Part shown: positions 19,881-33,719 of the stretch, in pieces
Position numbering within the stretch: position 1 is the stretch's first letter
How the letters are laid out: the number at the start of each line of letters is the position of its first letter
Source: Lepidodermella squamata
Taxonomy: Eukaryota; Animalia; Gastrotricha
Reading direction: 5' to 3'
Assembly (NCBI GenBank): GCA_047495785.1
Contig: JBLDXI010000020.1
Location: 1 to 64,000 of the forward strand
Length of the DNA: 64,000 nucleotides
Program-made: the position numbers and the translations under genes
The notes under the pieces: model-generated
What the model saw: only the letters and a program-made list of their open reading frames with translations
What the model was told of the DNA's origin: nothing
Database searches by the model: none

Positions 19881-20113
19881 TAGCAACGATCCATTGACCA
19901 ATCAGCGTGCGCATTGGATTGGACTTTTAAGTGGTCACACAATGCATCAATGCGAATTGCGAAATATTAAGGCTTTCTATTCTTTTTATTCTTCGGGCGA
20001 TATCGGGACATCGGTAGCATAATTCTGACATGACATTCACGAGTTCTTGTTACTTATACGTAGATTCAAATGATGGCGCAGTTGCATTATTGAGGTGTAT
20101 AGGATTAGTTTTG

Positions 20114-22535
20114 TTAAACCACGGGGAACTTTTTCTTAATAATTGACAATCCATTTTGTTCGTACTCGCTTTTGGAAATCCATTTGTCAGCAGATACCTC
20201 ATCCTTCGATTTGGTAGCGCCAATCCAAGCCGCATATTTTCGATTTGGTAATGCAGTAATTTGAGCTCCGTGGTGACCAAGTTTATCTAGCTCAAATTTA
20301 AGTCTTGCGTTCAGACCGTTGAACATTGACGAGCCACCGATTAAAACAATGTTTTTCAGCAATTCGTCGGCATTGCTGGAACAGAAGTCGGGTTCTTGTT
20401 GTTGGGACACCTTGACGGCATCAATCAACAGCTCGCAAATATTCGGATGCGCTGGCTGGCCGCATATTGATGGATCGAATAGCGCTTCAGCAACTTTGAA
20501 CCGCTCCGAGCTGATGCTGATCCAATGGCCACTTGTCAGCTCATATTCCTGAGCAATTTCGGCCGACGGCTTCGTGAGCTCAGCTACGAAATCAAGAGCG
20601 CAATACCCGAGTTTTTCTGTATAATTAAAAGCGTAAGAATCTTAATATGGATCGGGTTACCGTTAGGTAAGGCCGTATTACTGAACTTTGAGTGTCACTA
20701 CTGTATATGAAGTTTTGGGTAAATCTGTTTTTTTCAGTAACCACAATCTACAATTAGAGTGGCATATGATGATTGTGAATAAATAGTTGGAGTAAATAGG
20801 TATCTTTAAACCGAGTGGCGTTGCATTCATGGTATGGTAAATTTGAAACAAACCTTTTATGGCACGAGCAATTTCAAGATCAATGGAGGGTGCCAACGAA
20901 GTGCCATTCGGGTCTTCCTTAGAAAGAAGACGTGCCATGAAAGCTGTGAGTTTTGTTCCACCAAATGACAGTGTTTGAACGCCATGCTCCAGCACTCGGC
21001 CCTCGAATATTGGAACGGCTCTAATTCCTAATGAAAATTAATAAATCATTTAATTGAAATATTGAAATATTATTTTTCGAATTGTGAGCTACTTCCACAG
21101 ATATATGTTATAGCCTCTAGAATTCCGCTCTGAAGTGAAAAGATGCAAAAAAACACATCCCTGATGCCCCGCAGTCAAGAACGATCCCATTCAATCGACC
21201 ACCAGACGCAGTGAGTCTCAAGGCAGCAATAGCCTGATTTTCGATTAGTAGCCGCTCAACACCGAATGACTCAAACATGATCTGTATCATTTTTTGCCGA
21301 CTTGTTCGCGCGTTACAAGGTGGTTCTATTTAATGGGAAGATTTAATTGTAAAGAAACCAAATTTCAAACGAAAATGTATTTATTACCAAGTAAAATTAC
21401 TGAGCGTGAGCGAGGGTTGATAAGTAATTCATTGCTGAAAGTATGGCTCCAAACTCGCCTGTTCCGGCGTTACGAAAGAAGAGGTTAAAATATAGCGAAT
21501 AAATAGTAACATCTGAAATAACTCACCCCATATTCAGCCAGTCTCCAATGAAACCTCGCGAAACTGGCCATTTGCAATTCAGCAGTCCCAGCCGACTAAT
21601 TGCTTCGTTCCCGATGTAAAAACTTTTTAAAGTTGTGCCAGCCTGTTGAAGCGCATACCGCGGCTCTCCGACCACATTAACAAAAACATGACTTGGTTGC
21701 TCAGTGCCCCCCAAACCAGCTTTTACATAAAACGACCCGTTGTCGATTATAATGGGTTCCACAACGGGTGATGAGGCCGGAGCCTTCGGAGCAACAACTG
21801 CAACAGGTGGGGTTTCTGGCTTCGGCTTGTTCGCTACCACTGCAGTGTTTGTTTCCTTGTGTGTTTCTTTGTTTGCAGTATTAACAGTAGCCGGTGGCGC
21901 AGCGGTCTGAAATTAAAAAATGAAAAGTCCTCAAGAAAAACTAAGTAAACCCTAATTTTCACTTGACAACGGTCAAATCTATTTTCGGCTAAAACTCTCC
22001 CACCGAAAATCCCAAACCGGCGCAGAAAGTAAAGAAAGAATTCTAAAGAAATACAATCCGCTTTGGGAGCGGAAGCGAAAGAATAAAGAATTACTTTGTC
22101 TTCTTTTTTAGGCGACGCAGTGACACTGCCACCTGCAGTTGGTATCTCGGCTGTCGTTCCATCTGGTTTAGATGAGGCTGATGACGAGGCCTTCGGATCA
22201 GCAATGGCTGCAGATGAAGTTTCTGATTTTGGCTTGTTTGCTGCCGCTGTATTTTGCGTATCGGCGACGTTCGGTTTCGTTGCCGTATTATCAGCCTTCT
22301 CAACAACTTTGTCAGCAACCGGCGGTTCAGATTTTTTAGTTTCAGTGATTGCCTTCGTAGAATCTGTTGCAGACTCAGTTGCATTTTCTGTTGCAGTCTT
22401 CGCGTCTGTTGCTGGCTTCTCCGTGCCTTCCATTTTTTCCCGTTTAGCTTCAGATGCTGGTGCCGCCTTGGCATCTTTGGTTTTCGACGGCACTGCGGCT
22501 TTTATGCGTTCCCCGAATTTGCTAGATAAAACCAT
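20114..22535 (-). CDS. Divergent actin-like protein with long low-complexity N-terminal extension (multi-exon; 5' end uncertain)
   Basis: IIIDNGSFYVKAG, EPP.N...RQKMIQIMFESF, IVLDCG, VPIFEG, IK|EKLGYCALDF (intron 20617-20853), ERFKVAEALFDP, NIVLIGGSSMF, RKYAAWIGA, WISKSEYEQ. Confidence 0.88.
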
Positions 22536-23986
22536 TATTATTACAGGAAAGGTATAAACGAGGGGCTAATTAAACAAAACAAAAATAAACATTGAATTTC
22601 AAGGTATTTCTTATAATTTTAGGGCGAAATACAGCGTGTATACAATGTGGGACTCGGTTTGGGAGAATAAAGAATGAAGAATACATCTTGATGCAGACGC
22701 GCTTTTTCGCATGATGAACAATGGGCTGGTTATATATACAGGTTAACACGTAAGGATTAGCCGTTCACACGCAGGCTACTTTTATTATTGCTACCGTGTT
22801 GTTGCTATGTATATACCTGCACCGCGCATTGCTCACATGCTGTAGCGTTACCGCAACACTCGCAACGGAACCCCCATCATGACGGCTTGATTATTTCTCG
22901 CGAACAGCGAACTTGTTGAGTATCTTACCTATATTATGTTGATCGCACATTGAGAGCAATTGGAAGAGCAATCATTCCAAAGAACAAAAAATAAAACCTT
23001 CTGTATACTGCGTTGCGGAATAACTAAAACCCGCCGGCTCTCAATCATACATCTTGCTTTATCGCGTCTGTAGTATATATGGATGTCAAATGTTCATGGT
23101 GTAAGCTGGAGCATGAACAGCAGCAATGTGAATAGATGAATCGCAGTGAATAGTGCTAACTGACTTGACTCAGGTAAAGCTGTGCATTCCGCGTTGAAGT
23201 AAAACAACCGATTAAAACAACTTACTTCGTTAGATTTTTCGCTATGACAGCCCTTATTAAAGCCCATATATCGTCACAATTCCGCTGCTGTAATGTCAAA
23301 TCTCGTTCGATTCATAAGTAGGTAACTCTGTCATAGAAACCACTGCAATAAAAGCATGCTATACCTTTGTTAACCATTTTAGTAGTAATGACTGTCATGA
23401 TAAAATGAAACCCAAATGATAAATGAACGGGGATATTTCAGGGCGGCGACTTCGGCTTATAAGTGAAGCTCTTCCGCAATAATAAGACGAAAGCTGCAAT
23501 CATCGAGAGGAATCTGGAATCTGTGTCATTTATTATAGTACATAAAAAAAATGAGAAGTAGAAAAAAAATAAAACGAAAATTAAGCGCAATAAAAGGATG
23601 AAATGAAAGGAACTCATTTGACCGCCAAACGTCTTTATTTTTGATGACCATTAGACCAACAAAAAATGGAAATCTTCAGTATCTGCAAGGATATGCATTC
23701 AGCGTTCTGGTTCAAACCCTCATTCTTTCATTCTTCTGAATGTAATCAACTTATGTGGCTCACCGAAATATCGGCTGCAAACTGAACAAAGAAACAGAAT
23801 CTTCAGCTGTAGAAAATCTTGCGGAATTGAGATTTAGCTTGATCGGAATTCGCCAAAATCTGTTCCTTTTGACCTGAACCTTCTCAAACCATCGACAACA
23901 ATGAGTAAAGAAGAAAGAAAGGAACTACATACGTATGAACCAACTGCTACACTCGCGCCCATGCAGTCGGTCGCCGACTGCCGACC

Positions 23987-24153
23987 GGGTTAGGGTTAGG
24001 GTTAGTAGGGTTACTGCGGTCCTCCTGTGCTTTTTCTGTTTGCGCTAGTGCTTTCCAGCCGTCGACGACGTTGTCGCGTAATGTGCTACTTTACATGGCC
24101 TGCATGAACGCGCGACACGCCTGGTCGTACTGCGCTGGTGTGGCTGATGAGTC
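23987..24153 (-). mobile_element. Interstitial inverted 3' fragment of the telomeric accessory-ORF family with short telomeric tail
   Basis: Minus strand translates to ...LRDNVVDGWKALAQTEKAQEDRSNPTNPNPNP, homologous to the end of ORF 11354/16010. Confidence 0.82.
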
Positions 24154-25044
24154 GCTATGACAGCCCTTATCAAAGCCCATATATCGTCACAATTTCGCTG
24201 GTGTGATGTAAAATCTATTTCGATTCATAAGTAGGTAACTGTCATAGAAACCACAGCAATAAAAGCATGCGACCTCTACTTGCTGTTGTGCCTTTATATA
24301 TGGTGACATTTACGTTTTCCTCATTCCTATTTTTTCCAAGCATCAAAAAGTTCGACTAAATTTCGTCATTATGTTGTTTCTGCTGGGTGCTTCAGTTTGT
24401 TGTTCGATAAACACTTTTGAATTGCGCGTGATGGCGTACTTCGAAGCTGACTCTAGCCGTAACACCAAACTTGTGTCAATCCTTTTCATTCCACAGTCTA
24501 TTTCTTATCATCCATCGCATCAGACTGCGCAGAAAAGCACCATTTGCCACTAAAAATTCACCTTAGTAATTTTCAAATTGAAATGTGTCGAAAGCTGATT
24601 GGCTGACGGCAGTTACTCAAAATACCAGCTTTTTCTATGACAGGGAGAAACGGCAGCGCAGCGCTGGTGGAGAAGAAGCGAAGATTACAGGGGAAAGAAG
24701 AGGAAGATTTATCGATTGTTTTCTTTATTCCGTTCATCGTAATTTCCACCTTCAACAACATTTTGTCATTTTGTCACTTCTTATAAATCGTTGACGACGA
24801 CGACGACAATATAAAGCACGCAGACCCGTGCAACGGTGTTCGAATAGACAAAAGTATTAATAAAAACAACAGCTTCATTTTACAATAGCTTGTAATAATG
24901 AGAAGATCATAATAATAATAATGATTTAATAACAACGGTGACAATCATCAAAATAATGTAGCTAATAATACAAGTAATGATCAATCGAACAGTTTTGAGA
25001 GTTGTTCCAAAATATTTAAGTTTTAGCAAAGTGATATTATAATA

Positions 25045-27827
25045 GGCTCCGTGTGTTGCGCCCGCGGAATTTGATAAAACGATGCGGTGTCATTCTGCGG
25101 TGTTGTGAGTGTGCGCGCGCGTCTGTTCACAAAGCTGCGCTAGTGTGCACTTTGCCGCCAAAAGTGCAAGTCTGCCGCGGATTTAAATAACTCAGACGCG
25201 GTGATTTAATTGTAATACGCGGATCGTTTAAAACCTATTTTTTCGCCATTAAAATGTTGGAAACTGGGTTTCTAATCCTCCTGTGGGCTTTCCTGATGCC
25301 TTTCGTGGCGGACGACGGCGAAATCGATGACGTTCGATCAAATCCGTCATCGGGTGACAACAGCGTCTTGGGGCCGGAAAATGAGCCGGACCCTGAATAC
25401 ATTGCGTACAAGAAGCAGAAGGCTCTTTGGATGGCTGAGGAGGGCGAGTACGCCGACCAAGCCGGCTGGAAAGCTAAACTGGTCGAATTGCGGCATCTCG
25501 GAACATCATGGAACATGGCAAGAGCCCCTGAGGAAACGAAACGAGGCTTGGTTACCACCTACTGCTGTTCGAAAGGTGGAAAGCGCGGACCGTGCCGAGC
25601 CGGTGTTCGAGTGATTCTGGATGCGAAAATGCCCCAGGAAAAGTTCATCGTTGAAACCAACAACATTGAGCACAGGCACGAAGATGAAATCAACGAAAAT
25701 GTCATCACACCGGAAGTGCGAGAGGCAATCGATCGTGGCTTCGATGCAAACGTGGGTCTCATTTGAAATTAAAAAAAATTAGAATTTTTTCTGAAATTTT
25801 AGATCCATACTTTACGGCTCATGATCGACTACTTGAAGATAAAGTGTAATCTCGACATCAGCAAAATTCCCGAAAGCAAAATCGCGTACGTCCTTCGAAA
25901 GAAGCGTCAAGGCGGTCCAACTGTTCAGCCGTGGACGTTGGGTGATTTCGAAGAAGTCGCAAGCGCCCACTCGGAAATCCCCGACAATCCCGATCAGCCG
26001 TTCGTCGCGTTGTGCGAAACAAACTTGGCAACAGAAACAACTCCGCAATCGTTCCGCTTCGTCGTAACAACTCGGCGATTGATCGCCCTACATGGTCCCG
26101 CCACGGTTCTGCATGTAGATGGGACATACAAAACTAACTACATGGGGCTACCGCTCATCGTCGTCGGTGTCACCGATAAGGCTCGCAAGTTTCACCCAAC
26201 CGCCATCGCCATTACTTCGGGTGAGACGGAGAAAGACTACGAGAGCGTCTTGCAGTCTGTCAAGGACACTTTTGTGTAATTTGTTGACTTTGTTTACTTA
26301 TCACCACTTGCAAGTACTTGTGTAAACAGGCGCGTCGTCAATAAGCCCTTTCCGGCTCTGCAGGCTGTCGTGCGCGATGGTGCCACTGCTATCGACACTG
26401 CGGTCGACACGGTGTTTAAAGGCGTGTTGCAGCTCATGTGCTGGGCGCACGTGGTGATGGCGTGCGACAAGAGCGGCGAGTACAAGTCCTTGTCAAAAGA
26501 GCGGAAAGAGGAAGTGCGCACCGGTTATCACCTACTCCAATTAGCTCAATCACCGGAGCAGTTTGAGGTAATTGCTTTGAAAAAGCTGCCGATGCGTTTG
26601 ATTTTATTGTTGTAATAGGTTCAAGCGAAACTTTATTGCGATTATTACGCCTCAATGCCTGATACCGCTGCCTGGGCTAATTATTTCAAGACCCACTGGA
26701 TCGAAGGCCTCGAATGCCGTCGAAAGTGGTACGAAGGCGCCGCGCCCGGTATCCCGTCGACCAACAACGCTTGCGAGGCCACCAACAACGATATCAAGCG
26801 GACTTACACTGCGCGACAACAGCTTTCGATTCGCAATTTGTTAAAGGTGCTGCTTGAATCGCTGGTCCCAGCTTGGTCGCGTCGCCGCGATACAGACTCA
26901 GTCAGCTGCGTGCGCTTCGAAGAAACACCGCGTCCTGAAACTAAGACCTGGTCTCTGGGTGTCGCTTTTCAGAACACAGTCAAGTCATCAGCGTTTAAAG
27001 GTCGCTCGACTGGTCTGGGTGACAACAGGCGCCTTTACGCGTGGCGCGATGATGGCAATGCGATGTCTGAGCTCGAATGGGCTAAATTCAAGTCGTCAAT
27101 GACGGTACCGGCCGCGGCTTATCAGGCGTGGTTGGATTACCGAGCGTGGTGGTCAACTTACACGTGGGCGTTGAAAATGGCGGATGGCACGTACGAGTGT
27201 ACGTGTAAGTATTTCCAGAAGAAATTCATCTGTTGTCACACGATCGGTCTCGAGATCTACGCTGGTCGCCGTGTCATCTCGCCGCGAGCCGCGAAACGAG
27301 TCGCCAAAATCGAGGCGAAACGCAAACGTGGTCGCCAAGCCCAGGCCAAGCCAGCTTTGCACAAACAAGCTGTGCCAGTGCTCGACCCTGTTGATGAAGT
27401 CATCGTGCAAGCCGCGCCAGACAGTCCCGCCGATCCCGGAAGCCCTTTCGACCTAGATCAGCCCGTCTTTGAAGCTGAAGCCGTAGGCCCTACTCCGAAG
27501 ATGGCGAAAAATTCGGGCTGTTCCTGTGGTGGCGGCTGCAAAGAGTCGGCGCGGGGTCGTAAATGTAGCTGTCGGAAAGCTAACAAACTGTGTACTGAAA
27601 ATTGCTCTTGTAAAAACTGCGAAAATCAGTGACATTTCAATTTTTAATAAATCGCGGCCATTTGTTTACTAATAGCGTATCTTGTCCGCGCGCACACTCT
27701 ATTTTCAGCGTTAGCAGCTTAAATATCCGCGGCGGATTAAAATTTTGACCGCGCCTTCACATATCCGCGGCACACACACACATTCGGCGTCGTTTCGCAA
27801 AATTCCGTGTCGTGTTTACTTTGGGCG
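25045..27827 (+). mobile_element. Mutator-like (MULE) DNA transposon with 9-bp TSD ATTATAATA
   Basis: TSD at 25036-25044 and 27828-27836; imperfect TIRs sharing CGGAATTT and AAACGA at the same register. Confidence 0.85.
25254..27632 (+). CDS. MULE transposase (spliced) with SWIM finger and C-terminal CXC-like domain
   Basis: LHVDGTYKTN, VRDGA, CWAHV, TNNACEATN, CTCKYFQKKFICCH, CSC..C....CSC....CTENCSCKNCEN. Short introns near 25753-25802, 26277-26329 and 26568-26618. Confidence 0.88.
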
Positions 27828-29109
27828 ATTATAATATTATATATGATTGTTGGAAATCTGCAACGAACATCGAAATGCACAACAATGCAGAATAATGAGT
27901 CTAATTCGTCTTCTATACCATATCATTATTATTATTATTATGACGAGAGAAAGTACAAGCGAGTTGCCCTGATGCATGTTAACGTCGATGATGCAAATGA
28001 ATGTGGGTTTTCCTATTATCATCTTGGTTACAAACTGAGTTTTGAATGTTATCAAAGTAGAAAACTGAAAAGAGGGACAGTCGTCGTTTTTAGGCGGGTA
28101 TAATCCATCAATAACCGGGTTTTAGAAATATTTACACCAGATATGTACGGTGATATAGTATTTCGCCTTGATCCGAAACTGATATCATGTGCATATTATA
28201 AAGTTGGCTATAACTGCAAGATTTTAACTATATCATAGCCAATTCTACATCTAAATCAAATTCATTCTTCCAAACGAAGTGAGTTATTCTTGCGAGAATC
28301 ATTAGTTACTCTTCAATTAGTCTTTGAGAGCACAACATGCTCAAAGAAAAACCTTACTTATATGACTTTCCTAATAGGCGATGAAAAGATTCACACGAAT
28401 CCGTAGAAATGAGATGCCCAAGAAGTAATAAAATGTGAACGCTACTATCTTGGCAATATTTGAGATATCCACGCGTAAAAACTAATTTCTCGCCGCTAAT
28501 TGTAACGTGAAAATCGAGCAAAATTGCCTCGCGTAAATTACAAGAATGAAAGCTCACAGTAGCCAGATACTTGCATCCTCGTAGCAATCAGTTCGACATT
28601 CAAATGACTAATTCAGTGCCAGCCATCTGCATTATACTTTCATTACATGCGCTGCGAGCATGTAAATAAGACGATAATTTGCGTTCATCTATCACGCGTG
28701 TGCTGTGACTACCATTACCATATCCTTAAACCCTAACATCACTGCTGCGACGATACTGGAGACCACGCGTAAACCGTAAGGACAAGAGCAGACAGTTTCA
28801 CTTGCTCATCGCTCGTGTTCTGCCACTCTTAAGGCACAAGTTCGAATAACATTCGCACGGCAAAAATTTGGCAAGATAGAATGGCTCGAGCCGAAATCGG
28901 TCACAGCAGCTGTTCAGGGTTAGGTACAGATCAATATAGATCGAATCGATAGCCCGGTAAAACGGCTTTAGGGATTTCCATTAGAGAGATTTGTTGGGTT
29001 TGCTTGATGCCATGACACGCCAGATGCGATGCCATTCGGATTTTGAAGTACTATCATGTATTATGAATTATTAGAAAGAATAGCATAAAGCGGTGTAACA
29101 AAAATATCT

Positions 29110-32100
29110 TCATAAAACAGGCGGATTTTGATCATCTCCCGGTTTTTGATCTACGACAACAATTGCACATGCGTCGAACGCCGATGACGCCGAGGGCCGC
29201 TTCTTCTGAGGAGCTGTCGACGGCAACGACGATGGCGAAGATTGCACATTGGAAGCATTGTTGGTCGCTGTCGACGACGAAGATGACGGGTTCGGCTGCG
29301 ACAGCGTTTGCATTTCGGTGCCAGTATCGATTGATTTGGTCATTTGGGTGCTTGTACTTCCGGATCTAGAAGATCGATCGGCTATAATTGCATGCTTGTT
29401 CACTTTTCACTCGAAAAGGGGTACTAAATTACCTGAGCCTGGTTGAGCTGAGCTGCCGAGAATACTATTGATGTTGCTCGTTGTCGCTGGTGGCGATGTG
29501 ACATTGGAAGTCAACGAATTTATTGGTGGGGTGTTAGAAACAAGACTCGCTGCTGCGACCTGTTGCCGACTGCCTGTGCTAGATATTGAAGCACGGGAGC
29601 CGGGAAGAGCAGCGGAGGCAGTCCCAGGCGTGGCTGGTGCAACCTGTAAAGGGTCGCCTGACTTCGATGCTGAAATAATCAGTTTTGCCAACATTTACAT
29701 CCATATGATCCATAAAATATCAACCTACCGCTTGTTAACATATTCGTCGCTGCCGATGTCGACGTCGGAGGCGGGGGAGGCGGCAATATAATATCTTGAA
29801 CAGATCCAGCTGGTCGTCGGGGAACCAGAGCAGCTGTTGTTGTTGAGGGATTTTCGCCGGCGTGGTTCACCAGCAGCATCGGAACCGCCTCGTCGAGCAT
29901 TGATTCTGAGTAAAATAGATAAGCAAGCATTATCACAACTGCATCGCATTGCGGCATCAAAGAAGAATTTCTTCGCTCATCAATTTTTTGTAATCTATCA
30001 CATTCATTTCTTTTTGAAACATCCGATGATCGGGAAGCAATTCACGCATTTGCGGCTCCAAGAATGTCCAACAAACTCAACAAGAGATTGAAAGGTATAT
30101 AGAGTACAACTGCTCTTCGGCAATAGAATTTAGCAATGAAGATGCAAACTGAAAACTAGAGAGAATGTAAAGCGCAAATTAGAACAATAGACAGCGGCAA
30201 TCCAAGACAAACAGTCCACTTCCCAGTTACCAATCACCGAGTACGCATCCATTCGATGTAATTATTCGCTTTTCCACCCATATCAAAATGTTGCATAATA
30301 GCTTTATTCAGGACATGCTTTTTCGCCGTGCTTCAGTCAACCGAACAAGCAAGATTTGCGAAATTCTACCTTTGAAACTGAGTAACGCCCACAAGCATCA
30401 GAGCCGAAATTAATTTCGCGGCGAACGCATTGCAGCTTATGAAGGGGACATACATCTACCGATAATTCGCATTCCATAAATCTTCAGATTGAAGAGACGT
30501 CTCAATCTTTTCATGAAGCCAGAACTGTATGTCCTCACCCGTTAGAAATTCGACCGGTATTTTATATATCTTAAAGCCAATTCTCCCAGTCCAAACTTAT
30601 TTAATTAAGAAGTTTTTCGCTTAACCAGATTTCCGACGGAACAGGAAATTGGCTAAATTCTGCCTGCGGCTAATTTCCTAAATGTGATATTATTGTGTGT
30701 TTTCATCATAATTGAGTGAGCTTGCTGCCGCATTAAAATGTAGGGTAAAGCCAGGTGAGCTACTGAAATTAAGCTTATTGCTATCATACGATTTACAAGA
30801 TGACATGGTACCTATAAAAAACTGCATCAGCCATCGCATATTACTTATGGTATCGTGCGCCCTGTATGGTGCAATGGATCAAGCTATATAATTAGCAGTG
30901 CTTTCCCTGAAAATATTACTACCTGGAATCCGACCCCGCTGTTACGGAATAACAATTTGTAATGAACGAAAATCTATTCAGTTAGCAAAGTCAAATTAAA
31001 AAGGCTAAAAATGGCTAAAACGAGGCAAAAGTGTGATCATTTGTTGGGTGATAACTGCAGCTGATGGAGCACATGGTAGGTGAGGCTGAATTTAATAAAA
31101 ATCTTAAGCTCCAAGTCTCAATGTGCGTAGGTAAGTTGTTTTCTAGAAGCGTTTCGCCCTCGGGAAAGCAAATGAATAACGCCTTGGCGACACTGGTGAC
31201 AACTCATTTCAGAGAAAGCTGTCGAACTCTTGAAATAAATGTTGACACATACAATCACAAACGTAGCTATCGATTAACGGATATGTCTCATTTCATAGAT
31301 TGAAGTTATTGGTTCAGAGATAACAGCCTCCCGAGTGAAACTCTATCCAGCGAGATCCAAATTTGTGATTCGCCTTAGCTATGCTCTATTTTACGAAGTC
31401 AATGAGGCTCGTCATATAGGCAAAAGGTAGGGCTTGCATTTGACCAGTCTTAGCTTTCGAAAATTGAGCAGAGCTAAAAGCTAAAATTTGATATCTCGCC
31501 ATGATATTTTTCCCTCGGGTTCAAGATCACACATTTAGTCTCCCGAAATGATAACAAAATGTGTAGAAAAGGCGCTAAAGAAATGCAAAGTATTGTTTCA
31601 CTTACTCAACATTGCTGGAAAATTGTCAAAAATAATAAAATTAAATCGATAAAGGGCGATTTACATACCAAAGCTAACTTCAATAAAAGTTTAGTATTAA
31701 ATTAAAAGGATTGTCATATAATCACTAGTGAAGGATTCCCAGATTGAATCCTTAATTGAAACTAAAAAATATTCCAGAAATAACTACTGCATTCGACAGG
31801 AGCAAATTTAAAAGAAGATCGGTGCATCAAATGAATAAGTCAATGTTCGCAAAGCACTTGATTCGAGTCGTTATTCACCACGTGTAAGATGCATGTTAGC
31901 AAAAATATAATAATAAGGCGATATGATGTGGAACTCACTTTCAAGTGGACTTCGACCGATGCCACCTGGAAAAAAAATCGTACATGAGCGCAAGTTAACG
32001 CAAAATCGGGGGATGATAAATCGAGAGAAAGTCAGACTGACCTCCCATTCGGGCCATTTTAGACTCCCCGGCGCCACCCGACGGCCCAGACGCGCCACCT

Positions 32101-33719
32101 CCGCGACGGCCTGGTCCGCCGCCGCCACCTCCTCCGTGGCCGTCTCCACCAGCACCGCGAACTGGTGGACCTTTAGGTCTGACGGCCTCCACCGGCAATA
32201 CGCGCCTACGTTTCTTCGGCAGCTTTGAGCGGGCTTGGGTATGTGAGTAGAACATGGCAAAGTTTGAGACGATGACGGGCACTGGCAGAGCGATAGTTAA
32301 CACGCCGGCCAGGGCACATGCAGCACCAACGAGCATACCACAGTAAGTTTTGGGGGTCACTAGAAAAATGAAGGGTCCAAATATAGCAAACAGAATTACT
32401 GAGGCTAAATATTGGCTTACTATCACCGTAGCCGACTGTGGTCATTGTTACTATCGCCCACCACAATCCAACCGGTATAGAATCGAATTCATTATCCGGG
32501 TTATACTGTATTCGCTCGGCATAGTATATTAGTGAGGCGAATATGACGATGCCGATTACTAAGAAGAAGACAAGCAGACCGAGCTCCTTGGCCGATGCCT
32601 TGAACGTGTGAATGAGAATCTTCAATCCTTTGGAGTGTCGCGTCAGCTTGAACAAACGCATAATACGGATTATTGAAAAAAACTCGAGAATATCATGATC
32701 GCGGTTGAGCGTCGTCAACACATAGTCGACGTAGAATGACAGGGTGGCGACACAGTCGATAACGTTTATAGCATCACGGGCGAACTCGAATTTGTTAGGA
32801 CAAACGATGAAGCGTATAATAATTTCGAACGTAAACCATCCATTACATATGCACTCTATGTAAAAGAATGCACCGTGTGGCTTCGTTTTTTCCTTCATCA
32901 ACGCCCAGTTCCGCCCCGCGACCAGGTCTGTGAACGTTTCGTTGTAGATGTTCGGCACACGCAAAGCGGCGTGAGTTTTCAGGCAGAAGGACAGGATCGA
33001 CACAACGATGAAAAACACGGACATTGAGCTTACAACCTGGCAAAACAAAAAATGGCTCGTGTAATATTAAGTCTTGTACTCGGTGTCGCCAGGGCACGTA
33101 CTTTGGCAGCAGTTGACGAGTAGGGTTCATCGAACAAGGCGTACGCTTTGGGCTTGATGCGCTGCCAAGCCGTAAGCCGTCCGGCTGAGTACATTTCTTC
33201 GAGGCCGAACTTTTTCATGAGATCCTCCTCTGTAACTTTGTCTGTGTCGATTTCAAGCCGATCGATTATCGCCAGCGTTTCTTGGGTGTCTCTGTGCTGT
33301 GTGTAAGTCATCCAACAGCACGGCTCCACTTGGTTGGCATCGAGTCCCCAAAACTCCAACTCCTCCTCGAACAGGGGGCCGCACACGTCGGTAGGGTAAT
33401 GCAATTTACCCGTGCGGTAGTAGCTAGTAAAAACGGGCTTAATTGACACGGAGAAGCGAGAAAAACTTCGCGACTTACTTGAGAATCATCGAAAATACTC
33501 CGGGATGACGGTCAAAGAAGTATCTGAAATTTAGTATTTAACGACACTAATTAGTGAGAATCTTACACAATCTTACTCATTCAGGACTGGGTCGTAGTTA
33601 GCTAACGCCTCCGTAAGCCGGGAAAGGCGAGTTGCTGGAATTTTTTTCAGAGTAGCTTTGTAGGTTTCGTGGCGGATCCCGCCGACGTTGAGGACCACTC
33701 TGTTTTCGGAGTCCGCCAT
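29110..33719 (-). CDS. Shaw: Shaw/Kv3 voltage-gated potassium channel (multi-exon)
   Basis: [37 protein letters not shown]1 domain; [26 protein letters not shown]; S4 [13 protein letters not shown]; pore TMTTVGYGD|MTPKT; PVPVIVSNF. The low-complexity 3' exons (29110-29905) are less certain. Confidence 0.95.

Noticed and set aside
24144-24165. CTGATGA-GTC-GCTAT-GAC resembling a hammerhead core and stem II
   Set aside because: No GAAA follows; it straddles an insertion junction and is probably chance.
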